Source of the DNA: an uncultured virus (IMG/VR IMGVR_UViG_3300048861_000172)
Lineage: Duplodnaviria; Heunggongvirae; Uroviricota; Caudoviricetes
Strand: one strand, 5' to 3'
DNA: 20,000 nt
IMG/VR virus record: IMGVR_UViG_3300048861_000172
In this document: one piece after another, positions 8,131-16,624 of the stretch
Layout of the letters: the number at the start of each line of letters is the position of its first letter
Position numbering within the stretch: position 1 is the first letter of the stretch
The notes under the pieces: model-generated
Told to the model about the DNA's origin: nothing
The model's input: the letters and a program-made list of their open reading frames with translations, nothing else
Databases searched by the model: none
Program-made: the position numbers and the translations under genes

Positions 8131-8158
8131 CTACAGGATGGCAGAAGTCGATCTTTTT
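8131..8158 (-). promoter_or_regulatory. Putative phage promoter AAAAAGATCG-N13-TGTAG upstream of nvRNAP beta' gene
   Basis: Lies between the chmA terminator and the beta' RBS; same spacing as the motif at 2261-2287. Confidence 0.5.
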
Positions 8159-8188
8159 CTAGTGTAACTTGGGGTCCTCGGAGTTGAG

Positions 8189-8221
8189 AAAAAAAGAAGG
8201 GGGCGTGAGCCCCCCTCTTTT
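8189..8221 (-). terminator. Rho-independent terminator of chmA
   Basis: GC-rich stem GGGGGC-tcac-GCCCCC followed by TTCTTTTTTT on the minus strand, about 35 nt after the stop. Confidence 0.85.
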
Positions 8222-8256
8222 GAAGTCCTACAAGGTACTACTGCGCAAACTGTAGC

Positions 8257-10212
8257 TTAGGACCAGCGACCCATCGGGCGGTAGCCTTGGTTGCCACGCT
8301 GGTTGCCGAAACCACGCTGGAACACCGGCGACTGCATCGTCGAGGCGAGCGTGGATGCTGCGAACTGATAACGCGGCAGGTCGTACGCCGCGGCGTCCGC
8401 GAACGGCGAGACTTCCGTGATACGCAGCTTGTTCATGTCGATGGCTTGCATCAGCGCATCGAGGAAGTCCGACATGAACGTGACAGGCGTCGCGTAGCCG
8501 GTGATCTCGACTTGCTCGAAGAAACCACGCATGATGCGCTCGCGCGCTGCCAGGCGTTGCTCGATCGGGTACTGCGTTTGCAGGAACGTCGCCGACCAGT
8601 CACGCGCACCGGTACGATCGTGGTTGAGTTCGAACAGGTTCGCCGCAGCGATGTAGTCGAAATCGCGCAGATCGCGCCACACGCCTTCGTGGTCCTTGTA
8701 CTGACCGAGCTGCTTGCGGTTGTCTTCGTTGGTCGCGACAATGCCGTTGCCCTTGTACACTTCGCCGAACGCACCGCCCGTCAGCACATCGGCTGCATGG
8801 CAGATTTCGCGGTTAGCGTCGATGTCACCCATCGCCGCACGGGCGAAGATGCCGTTGTACCAGGTTTCGTCGCCGCAATCCGGCACGTCCAGCGTCAGGA
8901 TGATGCCGGGGTGCGTGGCCATCGACAGCAGTTCCGCGAGGTTCTGCTCGGTGAAGGTTTCGCTCTTCGTTTCGATGTGCGCTTGCACCGGGTTAGCCGG
9001 ATCGAGCGGCGGCAGCTCGAGACCGATCACGCCGATGTCCTTCAGATCGACTTGCGACGCTTGTTGCTGACCGCGGTTGCGGTACGGCTGACGGAACTGA
9101 CCGAACCAGGCACCCGGCTCGCGCATCGTGTTGGCCACAGCCAGGCCCATCAGCTGCATCGGCAGCGTCATGTTGCGGCCGACCTTCATTTGCGTGATGG
9201 TCAGACGCGCGTAGAACTGACGGAAACGCTCGAGCGCTTGCTGTGGGTTCATCGCCTGCTGGGCGGCTGCGTAGAACGCGTTCGGGTTGCTCTTCGGCTC
9301 ATGCACCAGATCGACGTAGGAGGTGAGCGTCGCGATGTCTTGCGGCTTTTCCAGGTTCAACGACTGGTTCTGGCCGGGCTGCTGCTGACGCACCGGGCCG
9401 GTACGGAACTTCATCACCACGTCCGAGCGGATCGGATGACCCTTCGTGTCGGCGGTGGCCGGGTTGCCGAAGGTCGTGTTGACCGACAGGCTCGTGTCGC
9501 CACGGTTGCCCGAGATCGTGAACGGCTGATAGCCTTCCTGATGCTTGCCCAGTTCGGTCGCCGAAGCGATCACCGAGTTCGCGGCCAGGCGTTGCAGCAG
9601 TGCCTTGTCGTTCAGGTTGAAGTCACGCTCGACGCTGTTGGCATCGGCGTTGTACAGCGGCGTGCTCGGGAAAGCCTTGGCGACTTCCGACTCGATGGTC
9701 GACTGCATGATGTTGTCATACGCGTCGCCGACCGTGCGGGTCATCGAGAGCGGCTGACCTTGCGGGACCGGTACGGCCAGCGGCGGGATCGAGTCGCCGG
9801 TCGCTTCGAGCAGCAGTGCGTGATAGCCGACGCCCAGTTGCTTGGCTTGCTTGTACTGCACGGCCACCACCAGTACCGACACGGCGAGGTTGATGCCGGG
9901 CGCTTCGTTGTCGATCGGGATCAACGTCACGTCGAAGACCTGGTCCTTCTGCGCCGCGTAGATTTCATCGAACGCGTTGCGCATGCGGCTGAGCGTCTCA
10001 GCAGCCGGATTCGCAGCTGCCGGCATCGCCATGCCGCTGAAGAACGAGGAGGCGCCGAAGTTCGGCGACGGTTGTTGTTGTGTTTGTTGCTCGAAGCGCT
10101 GCGACGATTCTTGCTGCGCTCCACCCTGGGCACCTGCTTGCTGCTGGCGGGCGCGATCCATTGCTTCGCCCATCGAGCCACGGCCAGCGTTTTGGTTGGT
10201 CTTGAGTCCCAT
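8257..10212 (-). CDS. chmA: Chimallin, major phage nuclear shell protein (phiKZ gp54 / 201phi2-1 gp105 family)
   Basis: 651 aa with Q-rich disordered N-terminus; blocks DTKGHPIRSDVV, DLKDIGVIG, HIETKSETF, RDLRDFDYIAAAN correspond to remembered 201phi2-1 ChmA blocks (DTVGNPIRADIV, DMKDIGALG, RIDTKAANF, RDRRDLDNLAALN); canonical position upstream of nvRNAP beta'; strong codon bias and own terminator. Confidence 0.92.
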   Translation of the reverse strand: MGLKTNQNAGRGSMGEAMDRARQQQAGAQGGAQQESSQRFEQQTQQQPSPNFGASSFFSGMAMPAAANPAAETLSRMRNAFDEIYAAQKDQVFDVTLIPIDNEAPGINLAVSVLVVAVQYKQAKQLGVGYHALLLEATGDSIPPLAVPVPQGQPLSMTRTVGDAYDNIMQSTIESEVAKAFPSTPLYNADANSVERDFNLNDKALLQRLAANSVIASATELGKHQEGYQPFTISGNRGDTSLSVNTTFGNPATADTKGHPIRSDVVMKFRTGPVRQQQPGQNQSLNLEKPQDIATLTSYVDLVHEPKSNPNAFYAAAQQAMNPQQALERFRQFYARLTITQMKVGRNMTLPMQLMGLAVANTMREPGAWFGQFRQPYRNRGQQQASQVDLKDIGVIGLELPPLDPANPVQAHIETKSETFTEQNLAELLSMATHPGIILTLDVPDCGDETWYNGIFARAAMGDIDANREICHAADVLTGGAFGEVYKGNGIVATNEDNRKQLGQYKDHEGVWRDLRDFDYIAAANLFELNHDRTGARDWSATFLQTQYPIEQRLAARERIMRGFFEQVEITGYATPVTFMSDFLDALMQAIDMNKLRITEVSPFADAAAYDLPRYQFAASTLASTMQSPVFQRGFGNQRGNQGYRPMGRWS

Positions 10213-10240
10213 GATTTACCTTCTTTCCTTGAATAAAACT

Positions 10241-10266
10241 GCTGTTAATGTTTGCGCAAACACAGC
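10241..10266. other. 5'UTR hairpin/palindrome TGTTTGCGCAAACA flanked by GCTG/CAGC upstream of chmA
   Basis: Perfect 14-bp palindrome at 10249-10262, about 35 nt upstream of the ATG. Confidence 0.6.
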
Positions 10267-10289
10267 GATACACTCACCATGTCAAAATT

Positions 10290-10299
10290 GTGATATGTG
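10290..10299 (-). promoter_or_regulatory. Putative early promoter element CACATATCAC upstream of chmA
   Basis: Identical to 980-989; similar to phiKZ early consensus TATATTAC; chmA is an early gene in characterised relatives. Confidence 0.55.
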
Positions 10300-10510
10300 T
10301 CCAAGAAATCTTTGAATCGCATATTCGCGTTGATTGCGTCAGGTGTCAATTGACGCAGATGCTCCGCCCATAGTGCGCCCCAACCCCGGATGTTTCACCG
10401 AGGTTGGAGTCCAGTTCCAGATGTTTAGTCTAGTCCTATACAATAGGGTGGACGCGATAAATTTTGCAGATGAAATGCAATTCCCCGAGTTCGCAGCGGG
10501 TGGTTAAGTA

Positions 10511-10714
10511 CTACCAGTATTTACGCTTGCCCCGCACATCAAAGCGTGGGGCAGGCTGTGTTGTGCGCAGGGCTTTGGCTTCTTGGTACGCCGAGTAAGC
10601 CTCGTCCTGCGTTTCACCGTAGCCGGAATAAGTTCCGTCGGTACATTCCCAGTGCACACGGCGCTGAGGGTGTCGAACGAATTTAACCGTCTTAGGAATC
10701 TTTCCTTTCTTCAA
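10511..10714 (-). CDS. Small hypothetical protein (start uncertain)
   Basis: C-terminal part of track ORF 10511..10873; TTG at 10714 minimises overlap with the upstream gene; contains WECTDG..GYGETQDEAY. Confidence 0.45.
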   Translation of the reverse strand: MKKGKIPKTVKFVRHPQRRVHWECTDGTYSGYGETQDEAYSAYQEAKALRTTQPAPRFDVRGKRKYW

Positions 10715-10976
10715 GAGGGTCGTCTCCCGCGCCAGGCATCGCGCTACGGGACGGAAGGTTAAGTTTGCTGCGCACGTAGATAGACTCCGGCACGAGATAG
10801 TAGAACTTGCCACCAATTCGTACCGGGCTATTGTGTTCCGCACAGCTCCGAAGATAATCTTGCCCGAGTCCACGCCAGAACACCGCTAACATAAAGGTCA
10901 GAAGAAACACGACCAGCGCGACGAACAGTCTTGGGCTCTCATGGTATTGCCCAACGATGTAATTTAGTATTTGCAT
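10692..10976 (-). CDS. Small membrane protein
   Basis: 94 aa with hydrophobic helix LFVALVVFLLTFMLAVFW; starts 5 nt after the upstream stop. Confidence 0.6.
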   Translation of the reverse strand: MQILNYIVGQYHESPRLFVALVVFLLTFMLAVFWRGLGQDYLRSCAEHNSPVRIGGKFYYLVPESIYVRSKLNLPSRSAMPGAGDDPLEERKDS

Positions 10977-10981
10977 TCCTA

Positions 10982-11281
10982 CTACCCCAGATACTTGATT
11001 TCCTGGACGATCAGCTCGGGTTTCCGGCGCTCGGTGTCTGCGTAATCTTCGGCCTCAAACATGTCAACGCGCAGGTGCTCCATTTCCGGACCTTTGGGTG
11101 CGGGGATGATAAGCTGTTGCCAGTGACGGAAGTACTCCCGGACCGACGATTGCCCGTGGTTCATCGGCATGATAAGCGGCCCCGAATGCTCCACGAGCCG
11201 GGCGTACTGATGACCCTGCCAGCGTGCATACCGCCGGACACGATTACGGATGATACGTTGCCTGACGGCTTTGCTGCGCAT
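10982..11281 (-). CDS. Hypothetical basic protein
   Basis: ATG 11281 with AGGAG RBS; Arg-rich N-terminus. Confidence 0.6.
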   Translation of the reverse strand: MRSKAVRQRIIRNRVRRYARWQGHQYARLVEHSGPLIMPMNHGQSSVREYFRHWQQLIIPAPKGPEMEHLRVDMFEAEDYADTERRKPELIVQEIKYLG

Positions 11282-11289
11282 GACTACTC

Positions 11290-11568
11290 CTAAATAGAGA
11301 ACCACGTTTGTTGGGGGATTTCCTTGGTGGTCTCCACTACCGTGTGGCGATAGCCATCAAAGCGCTTCCGAGGAATCATCAAGTCGAGTTTCTTGTTGGT
11401 CTTGATTTCAAAGGCCGTGCCAACCAGCCGGTCACCCGGCCAGTAGCCCAGCGGTTGTAACCACACCTTTTCTTCTTCTAACGGGACTGCGCCGCGCAGG
11501 ATTTCTTTAATGCGCTTGAACTGCTCAACGGTTGGCATTGGCAGTCCCGTGTCAAACAGAATCGTCAC
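11290..11568 (-). CDS. Hypothetical protein
   Basis: 92 aa, GTG start with AGGA RBS, tight operon spacing. Confidence 0.6.
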   Translation of the reverse strand: MTILFDTGLPMPTVEQFKRIKEILRGAVPLEEEKVWLQPLGYWPGDRLVGTAFEIKTNKKLDLMIPRKRFDGYRHTVVETTKEIPQQTWFSI

Positions 11569-11574
11569 AGCTTC

Positions 11575-11817
11575 CTATTCTCCGTGTTCCAAAATGTCAG
11601 GTAAGCCCGGCATCTGCGTCACCCGATCGGTACTTGAGCCATCGGTGCCACTGATCTGTACAAACGAGCGATCAGGAGACAGCGCCACATGTAAGTCAGC
11701 TGGCGTGCGCCCCGGCTTCTCATCGAGCCAGCGCTGAATCTCGTCGCGGATCGGACGGGTGATTTCCACTTCCCAGCCCACGACGCGACCATGTTGTTCC
11801 ATCAGTTTGACGCTCAT
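11575..11817 (-). CDS. Hypothetical protein
   Basis: ATGA overlap with upstream stop at 11814-11817. Confidence 0.6.
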   Translation of the reverse strand: MSVKLMEQHGRVVGWEVEITRPIRDEIQRWLDEKPGRTPADLHVALSPDRSFVQISGTDGSSTDRVTQMPGLPDILEHGE

Positions 11818-12338
11818 GTGTTCCACCATTCCTTACGCGGGCCTTTGCCCGTGTTGCGTGCTCGATGACCATGACGGCGCTGAGCACGGGTTGAGGGGAC
11901 TTCGTCTTCCGGTAAATAATCGAAAGTCTCAGGGGTGCAGCGCCTGGGTTCCAGGACTTTCACGCCCGCCCAGTCTTCGACGTATTTGCGGACGTCTTCG
12001 GGGATGACTTCCATTTGAGGAAAGTCTACGAGAAGCGTGCGCCGGTCGCCCAGTGAACGGCGAATCTCTGCGACGATTTGGGAAGCCGGACGGTGATCCC
12101 CCACCGCCAAGGCTACCAGACCATTGCACGGCACAAACTTGATGTTCTCTTCCGGACGATCGAAGGATGGGTCATTACGGAAGTCGAAGATTACACCATG
12201 TTGCTCGGCCAGCTTCATGACTTCCTGAAAGCCGCCGTGCTCGGTCATCGCGCACTGAAACTCGACTTTCGTCATCTGCCAGAGTTCAGGCTCCGTATAC
12301 CAACCCGCATCATCGATCTGATAGATAGGCGAGTTCAT
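11814..12338 (-). CDS. Hypothetical protein with basic C-terminal tail
   Basis: ATG 12338 with GAGG RBS; ends RAQRRHGHRARNTGKGPRKEWWNT. Confidence 0.65.
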   Translation of the reverse strand: MNSPIYQIDDAGWYTEPELWQMTKVEFQCAMTEHGGFQEVMKLAEQHGVIFDFRNDPSFDRPEENIKFVPCNGLVALAVGDHRPASQIVAEIRRSLGDRRTLLVDFPQMEVIPEDVRKYVEDWAGVKVLEPRRCTPETFDYLPEDEVPSTRAQRRHGHRARNTGKGPRKEWWNT

Positions 12339-12343
12339 GCCTC

Positions 12344-12562
12344 TTATTTGTCCCACCACTTTCTCCCTTTGCCGTTACCCCCGCGTTTGCCCGCACGGTT
12401 TGGATTGACGAACTGGCATTCAGCCGGAAACTCGTCGTACTCGTCGCTCAAGCGCTTGGACAGATCCAAAGGTTTAGCCTTGGTATGGGCCTCTGCGGCT
12501 TGGGCGGCCATCGCTGCAATTGCCACTGCTGCGCTTAATCTTCCTGTAAGGCGTCGTGTCAT
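12344..12562 (-). CDS. Small hypothetical protein (Ala-rich N-terminus, basic tail)
   Basis: ATG 12562 with AAGGA RBS avoids overlap with the divergent plus-strand gene; ends GKRGGNGKGRKWWDK. Confidence 0.55.
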   Translation of the reverse strand: MTRRLTGRLSAAVAIAAMAAQAAEAHTKAKPLDLSKRLSDEYDEFPAECQFVNPNRAGKRGGNGKGRKWWDK

Positions 12563-12620
12563 GATAATCCTTGACCGTATTTTATAGTCTTCATTAAACC
12601 TAGAACTGGATGCCGCGTCC

Positions 12621-13724
12621 ATGTACAGTCTCTTTAACTCCATGCCGGAAGTGCATTCGGGAGTCATGAAGGTGCCCGGTTGGAATTATGTCCACGACGG
12701 GCTCCGCAGAAACCTCGGCACAGTCATCCGCTATTATCGCCGTCACACGATGGCGGTGGCCAGTGATCACTTCCTGGTACGTATCTTGCAGTCTATCGAT
12801 GTGCCGCAATCGCAGAACGTCGAGCGCTACTACGATAACGTCGATGCGATGTCAATGAATCTCTCGATGGCATTAAAAATGACGTCATCGATCTATCGGG
12901 GTCAGATGTTTAAGGGGGTGTTCTATGGGCCGAACTGCCCGGAGATCTTGGTGGCCAAGACCACTTTGCTTGACCCCTATGACGCCCATCGGAATTGGGA
13001 GCACTTGGCGCCCGTGCAAGTGTTGCGGCACCCGATTACCGATCTGGCTTTAAATCTTGCCGATGGTCATCGCAACTCTACCGACGAAGGCATTGCGGTG
13101 ATGACGATCGACATCCCGATGCTGGCGCTCCAGTACCGCGCGTTTCGGTTAAACGAGATTGCGCTCACCCAAGGCGGGGATTCGCAGCGCTCGGCAATGC
13201 AGTTTGTCCACATGTACGTGTTGCCGAACATGTTAGTCTCGCACCTGGACTACGTGCTCTTTAACCGCCTTAATGCGCTGAAGAAAGACGCACCCCTGGG
13301 TGAGGCATTAAAGAACCATCCGTTTCACCTGATCGACTACGCACCGAAGCTCAATGGCTGTCAGCTCGATCAGATCGCTATCCTTGAGCGTAACACCAAG
13401 AACTTTCGCGGCATCATGCAACAGGTGCCGATGGTCAGTGAACCGAGCATGGATGAAGTAATGCACGTGCCCCCGATGGCCCCCACGCAGCAAGTGGTGT
13501 GGGCGCTCTCGATTGCTCGACTACCGGCCTTGGATTTTCTGTTCTCGGTAACCAAGGATGGAGCCAACACCCGCAACAAGCAAGAAGTGCAGGAAGTATT
13601 AAGAGACGTGCGCAGCTACCGCCGCAACAGCATGATGAAGACCCTCAGTCCCGATCTGCAATATGACATCGAGAATGAGATTCGGGCGATTGAATCCTAC
13701 GTGGTCGACATCAACGGCCGCTAA
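12621..13724 (+). CDS. Conserved jumbo-phage core protein, phiKZ gp52-like
   Basis: 367 aa, the only credible plus-strand gene; sits between DNA polymerase and chmA in opposite orientation as in phiKZ-like genomes; followed by a terminator hairpin. Confidence 0.7.
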   Translation: MYSLFNSMPEVHSGVMKVPGWNYVHDGLRRNLGTVIRYYRRHTMAVASDHFLVRILQSIDVPQSQNVERYYDNVDAMSMNLSMALKMTSSIYRGQMFKGVFYGPNCPEILVAKTTLLDPYDAHRNWEHLAPVQVLRHPITDLALNLADGHRNSTDEGIAVMTIDIPMLALQYRAFRLNEIALTQGGDSQRSAMQFVHMYVLPNMLVSHLDYVLFNRLNALKKDAPLGEALKNHPFHLIDYAPKLNGCQLDQIAILERNTKNFRGIMQQVPMVSEPSMDEVMHVPPMAPTQQVVWALSIARLPALDFLFSVTKDGANTRNKQEVQEVLRDVRSYRRNSMMKTLSPDLQYDIENEIRAIESYVVDINGR

Positions 13725-13742
13725 GCCCAACAGGGCATATTT

Positions 13743-13770
13743 GGGGAGCCCACATAGGCTCCCCGTTTAT
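13743..13770 (+). terminator. Terminator-like hairpin between convergent genes
   Basis: GGGGAGCC-cacata-GGCTCCCC then GTTTAT; between the stops at 13724 (+) and 13775 (-). Confidence 0.65.
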
Positions 13771-13774
13771 GCCG

Positions 13775-14212
13775 TCAATTTCGGCGTATTACCCTGGATG
13801 GGAGATCACTTAGTCGGTTAACATTCCGCTCCACCGGTTTGTCGTAGAAGTCCTTGTACAACTCCTGACCGAAATAAGTGGCCGCACACCCAGCTTGTTC
13901 GCCTTGCACGATGATCATCGCAGCCGCCCCCATCTCGACCAGCTTATCGCGGGCTGCTTGCATCTCCTCCCCCACCACATTGATGAGCGGCCCATTCTTG
14001 ATGAGCCTACGCAGCAAATTGGCTTGGACTTCGGAGAGGTAGTCGTTCGCTTTGTGGTTGCGTGCCATGATGGTACTCCCTGGTTGGGGTTGAATGGGCG
14101 GGTGAGGTTTGCGAAGCGCATCCCACGCCACTCCAAACAATAAGAGTAACATCACCGACAACACTCCAAGCAGCCACAAACCGAGATCATGAGTAGTTAC
14201 TGTCTCGATCAT
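13775..14212 (-). CDS. Hypothetical protein with N-terminal TM helix; probable second in-frame start at 14068
   Basis: LGLWLLGVLSVMLLLLFGVAW helix, Pro-rich linker, then MARNHKAND preceded by GGGAG RBS. Confidence 0.6.
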   Translation of the reverse strand: MIETVTTHDLGLWLLGVLSVMLLLLFGVAWDALRKPHPPIQPQPGSTIMARNHKANDYLSEVQANLLRRLIKNGPLINVVGEEMQAARDKLVEMGAAAMIIVQGEQAGCAATYFGQELYKDFYDKPVERNVNRLSDLPSRVIRRN

Positions 14213-14303
14213 GGTCCAGCTTTAACACCACAACCAGGATGGCCAACGGTACAACCAAGTACAAAAACCGTGCTTCTGATGCTATCCATACGAGGTATCC
14301 CAT
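14187..14303 (-). CDS. 38-aa single-pass membrane peptide MGYLVWIASEARFLYLVVPLAILVVVLKLDHDRDSNYS
   Basis: Manually translated; AAGGA RBS; hydrophobic core; below ORF-track cutoff. Confidence 0.55.
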   Translation of the reverse strand: MGYLVWIASEARFLYLVVPLAILVVVLKLDHDRDSNYS

Positions 14304-14321
14304 TAGATGCTTTCCTTGTGG

Positions 14322-14438
14322 TTAAAAGTACCAGTCGCCTTGCTTTTCATGCTCCCTTTGCTTGCGTGCGCCGTAGACCACTAAAGCGATTAAAGCGACG
14401 GTTTCTCCCACCACCCATGCAATTTGACCCCACGTCAT
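14322..14438 (-). CDS. 38-aa single-pass membrane peptide MTWGQIAWVVGETVALIALVVYGARKQREHEKQGDWYF
   Basis: Manually translated; GAGGG RBS; starts 14 nt after the DNA polymerase stop. Confidence 0.55.
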   Translation of the reverse strand: MTWGQIAWVVGETVALIALVVYGARKQREHEKQGDWYF

Positions 14439-14452
14439 GCTAACCCTCTCGC

Positions 14453-16624
14453 TCAATAGTAATCGGACACGAGCTTAGTAAGCTTATCATTAGAAAGATA
14501 GACGCCCAAGGTCTCCAGCACAATGTAGAACACATTGCAGGCATCTTTGACAATCCGCCGGGCATTCATGGCATCCAGGATTTCCTTCGGCATTCCATTG
14601 CGTTGGACGATCTGGTGCGGAATCCATACGGTCCCCAGGTACTTCTTATCGTATTTCGTGAGGTAAGCGCTCACTCGGGCCGCCAACTCACGGTCCTCCA
14701 TGTTCTCAATCCATTCCCGGGTCTTGGTGGCGGAATCCAGATCCGTGGAGACATTACAGCACGAATACGGCGGCGTGGGCATCTCACCATCGCGCAGCCC
14801 AAACACCTCGTTCCAGAAAAGATGATGGCGGTAGTTCGACTTGTGCGCCTCACCCTTGTAAGAATCCGGGGAATTGATTCGCACAAACTTGAAGAACTCG
14901 GGCGAGCCGTGCGCAATCGCCTGATACACGTCGCGCTCGATGTCCCCGATTTGCTTGACCAGCGCATGCAGATCCACCGGCTTTTCCGCCATGATGGTCT
15001 TCATGATGTCGATCATCATTTCCTTGGCCGTCTTCATCACCTGCTTGGAGACGGAGGAGGACTTCAAGTGCACGCCCTTGATCTCTTCCTGGTGCTTGGA
15101 GAAGATCTGCCCTTCCTGGCACGAGATATACGCGTAGTAGTGCTTGGCCACCTGCGTTGCCACAAAGACATCGAACTTGAATTCGTTCTTCATGGCGATC
15201 TTGAAAAGGCTATCTTCCGAGACGCCAAAGTTTGCCGACATGCGCGCCAGAATGTCGGTGATGGTAGCGGCCGACAGGTAAATCATCGTGGCGGCAACCG
15301 ACATGCCTTCTTCTTCAAAGCTGATTCGGCCCGAATACCACTGCACCCAGTCCTGCACGGTAAAGATGGTTGAGTCGGTATCCGAGGTCACTGCGACTTT
15401 ACGGATCGAATCCGGGAACACGCCGAGTGAAGCCGGGAGATTACCGGTCACAAAGAACGCCTGGATAAAGTCCCCATGCTCGTTAATCGTGTTCTCGATG
15501 TGCTCCAGGGTCGAAGCCACCCGCGCATACACCGGCTGCCCTTTGAACTTACTGATTTCGGCGTTCTCCGGCTCCCCCGTCTTGGGATTCAACGGACACA
15601 GCGGCAGCAACTCGAACTGGTGGATTTGTGTGGCCAACGAGCGCTGGTCTTCGTGACAGTCTTTGAAGACACTGTCGGGGTCCGGATGCTCGTGGGTACA
15701 GCGGGTAATCAGCTTGCCCAGGAAACCCCGGATAAACTCAGGGTTGAGTTCCTTCAGGTGATAGAAGTCACCGGTGTAAAGGAAAGCTGCCCGTTGTAGA
15801 CCCGAGAGCCGGTCGACGACCGCCACCACATCGCGCCAGCCCTGATCATCGCGCCAGTAGTGATGGGTGCAGCGATGGATCGCTTTGAGCACCTCTTCCC
15901 GGGTGGGTTCTTTCAAGCCATACTTGGCCATCACCGAACTGATCTTGGCATAGTCCGAATGATTGATGATCGAGATGATGTTGTTGATGGTGATATTGGG
16001 CGACCAGTAATGTCGGTTACCCGCCAAGAACTTCTCGTTGTTGGCGTTCCCATACCCCGAGGTCGAACGACAGGTCGAGGTCAGCGTCGAGTGCGCCGTC
16101 TTGTTAAAGAGCGGGGTGGACTTCGACACGTGGGCACCGGAGAGCGAGTTGTTCGCTTGCTTGGCGTTGATCTGCTCGATGTTCTTCACCGTGGTGAGGG
16201 TCTTGTCGCCCGCACTCTTGGCCGCAAACATCTCTTTCTTGGCTTTCGAGCGTTTCTTGATGTTGGCACCGATAAACACGGCCAACAAGCTTTTCTTGGT
16301 GGACACCGGCAGATACGTGGTCAGCGTCGCTGCGATGACGTCCTTTTCCTTGATGGTGGCGGAGAGGAACTTGAAGAGGGAAGTCTCGACTTCCTTGCGA
16401 TCGCCGTTCTCCTGGCGCTCGAGCATCTTCACTTTCGGGTCCTTAAACGCAAACCGGCCACCCGGCTTGAGTTGCTTCTTCAGCCAGTCGCCACAGTACT
16501 GCTGGCTGCGTCCGGTCATGGTCGACAGATAGCAGCTGGCGTCTTTCAGGTAATGGGCTAGGACCGCGATGTCGCGCTTGTATTGGTTCGCTTCCAGCAC
16601 AAACGGATTGATTCGGCTACTCAC
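14453..16624 (-). CDS. Divergent family-B DNA polymerase catalytic subunit (phiKZ gp50-like)
   Basis: Motif B-like KQANNSLSG, motif C TSDTDSTIF, AKHYYAY and EIKGVHLK; no exonuclease domain evident, consistent with the split PolB of this phage group; GTG 16624 has AGGAGA RBS (preferred to 16645). Confidence 0.88.
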   Translation of the reverse strand: MSSRINPFVLEANQYKRDIAVLAHYLKDASCYLSTMTGRSQQYCGDWLKKQLKPGGRFAFKDPKVKMLERQENGDRKEVETSLFKFLSATIKEKDVIAATLTTYLPVSTKKSLLAVFIGANIKKRSKAKKEMFAAKSAGDKTLTTVKNIEQINAKQANNSLSGAHVSKSTPLFNKTAHSTLTSTCRSTSGYGNANNEKFLAGNRHYWSPNITINNIISIINHSDYAKISSVMAKYGLKEPTREEVLKAIHRCTHHYWRDDQGWRDVVAVVDRLSGLQRAAFLYTGDFYHLKELNPEFIRGFLGKLITRCTHEHPDPDSVFKDCHEDQRSLATQIHQFELLPLCPLNPKTGEPENAEISKFKGQPVYARVASTLEHIENTINEHGDFIQAFFVTGNLPASLGVFPDSIRKVAVTSDTDSTIFTVQDWVQWYSGRISFEEEGMSVAATMIYLSAATITDILARMSANFGVSEDSLFKIAMKNEFKFDVFVATQVAKHYYAYISCQEGQIFSKHQEEIKGVHLKSSSVSKQVMKTAKEMMIDIMKTIMAEKPVDLHALVKQIGDIERDVYQAIAHGSPEFFKFVRINSPDSYKGEAHKSNYRHHLFWNEVFGLRDGEMPTPPYSCCNVSTDLDSATKTREWIENMEDRELAARVSAYLTKYDKKYLGTVWIPHQIVQRNGMPKEILDAMNARRIVKDACNVFYIVLETLGVYLSNDKLTKLVSDYY

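Noticed and set aside
8287..10236. 649-aa plus-strand ORF antisense to chmA
   Set aside because: Mirror frame expected from the strong codon bias of a highly expressed GC-rich gene; R/V/L-rich composition, no RBS or motifs.
14603..16561. Several plus-strand ORFs up to 256 aa
   Set aside because: Antisense shadows of the DNA polymerase gene.
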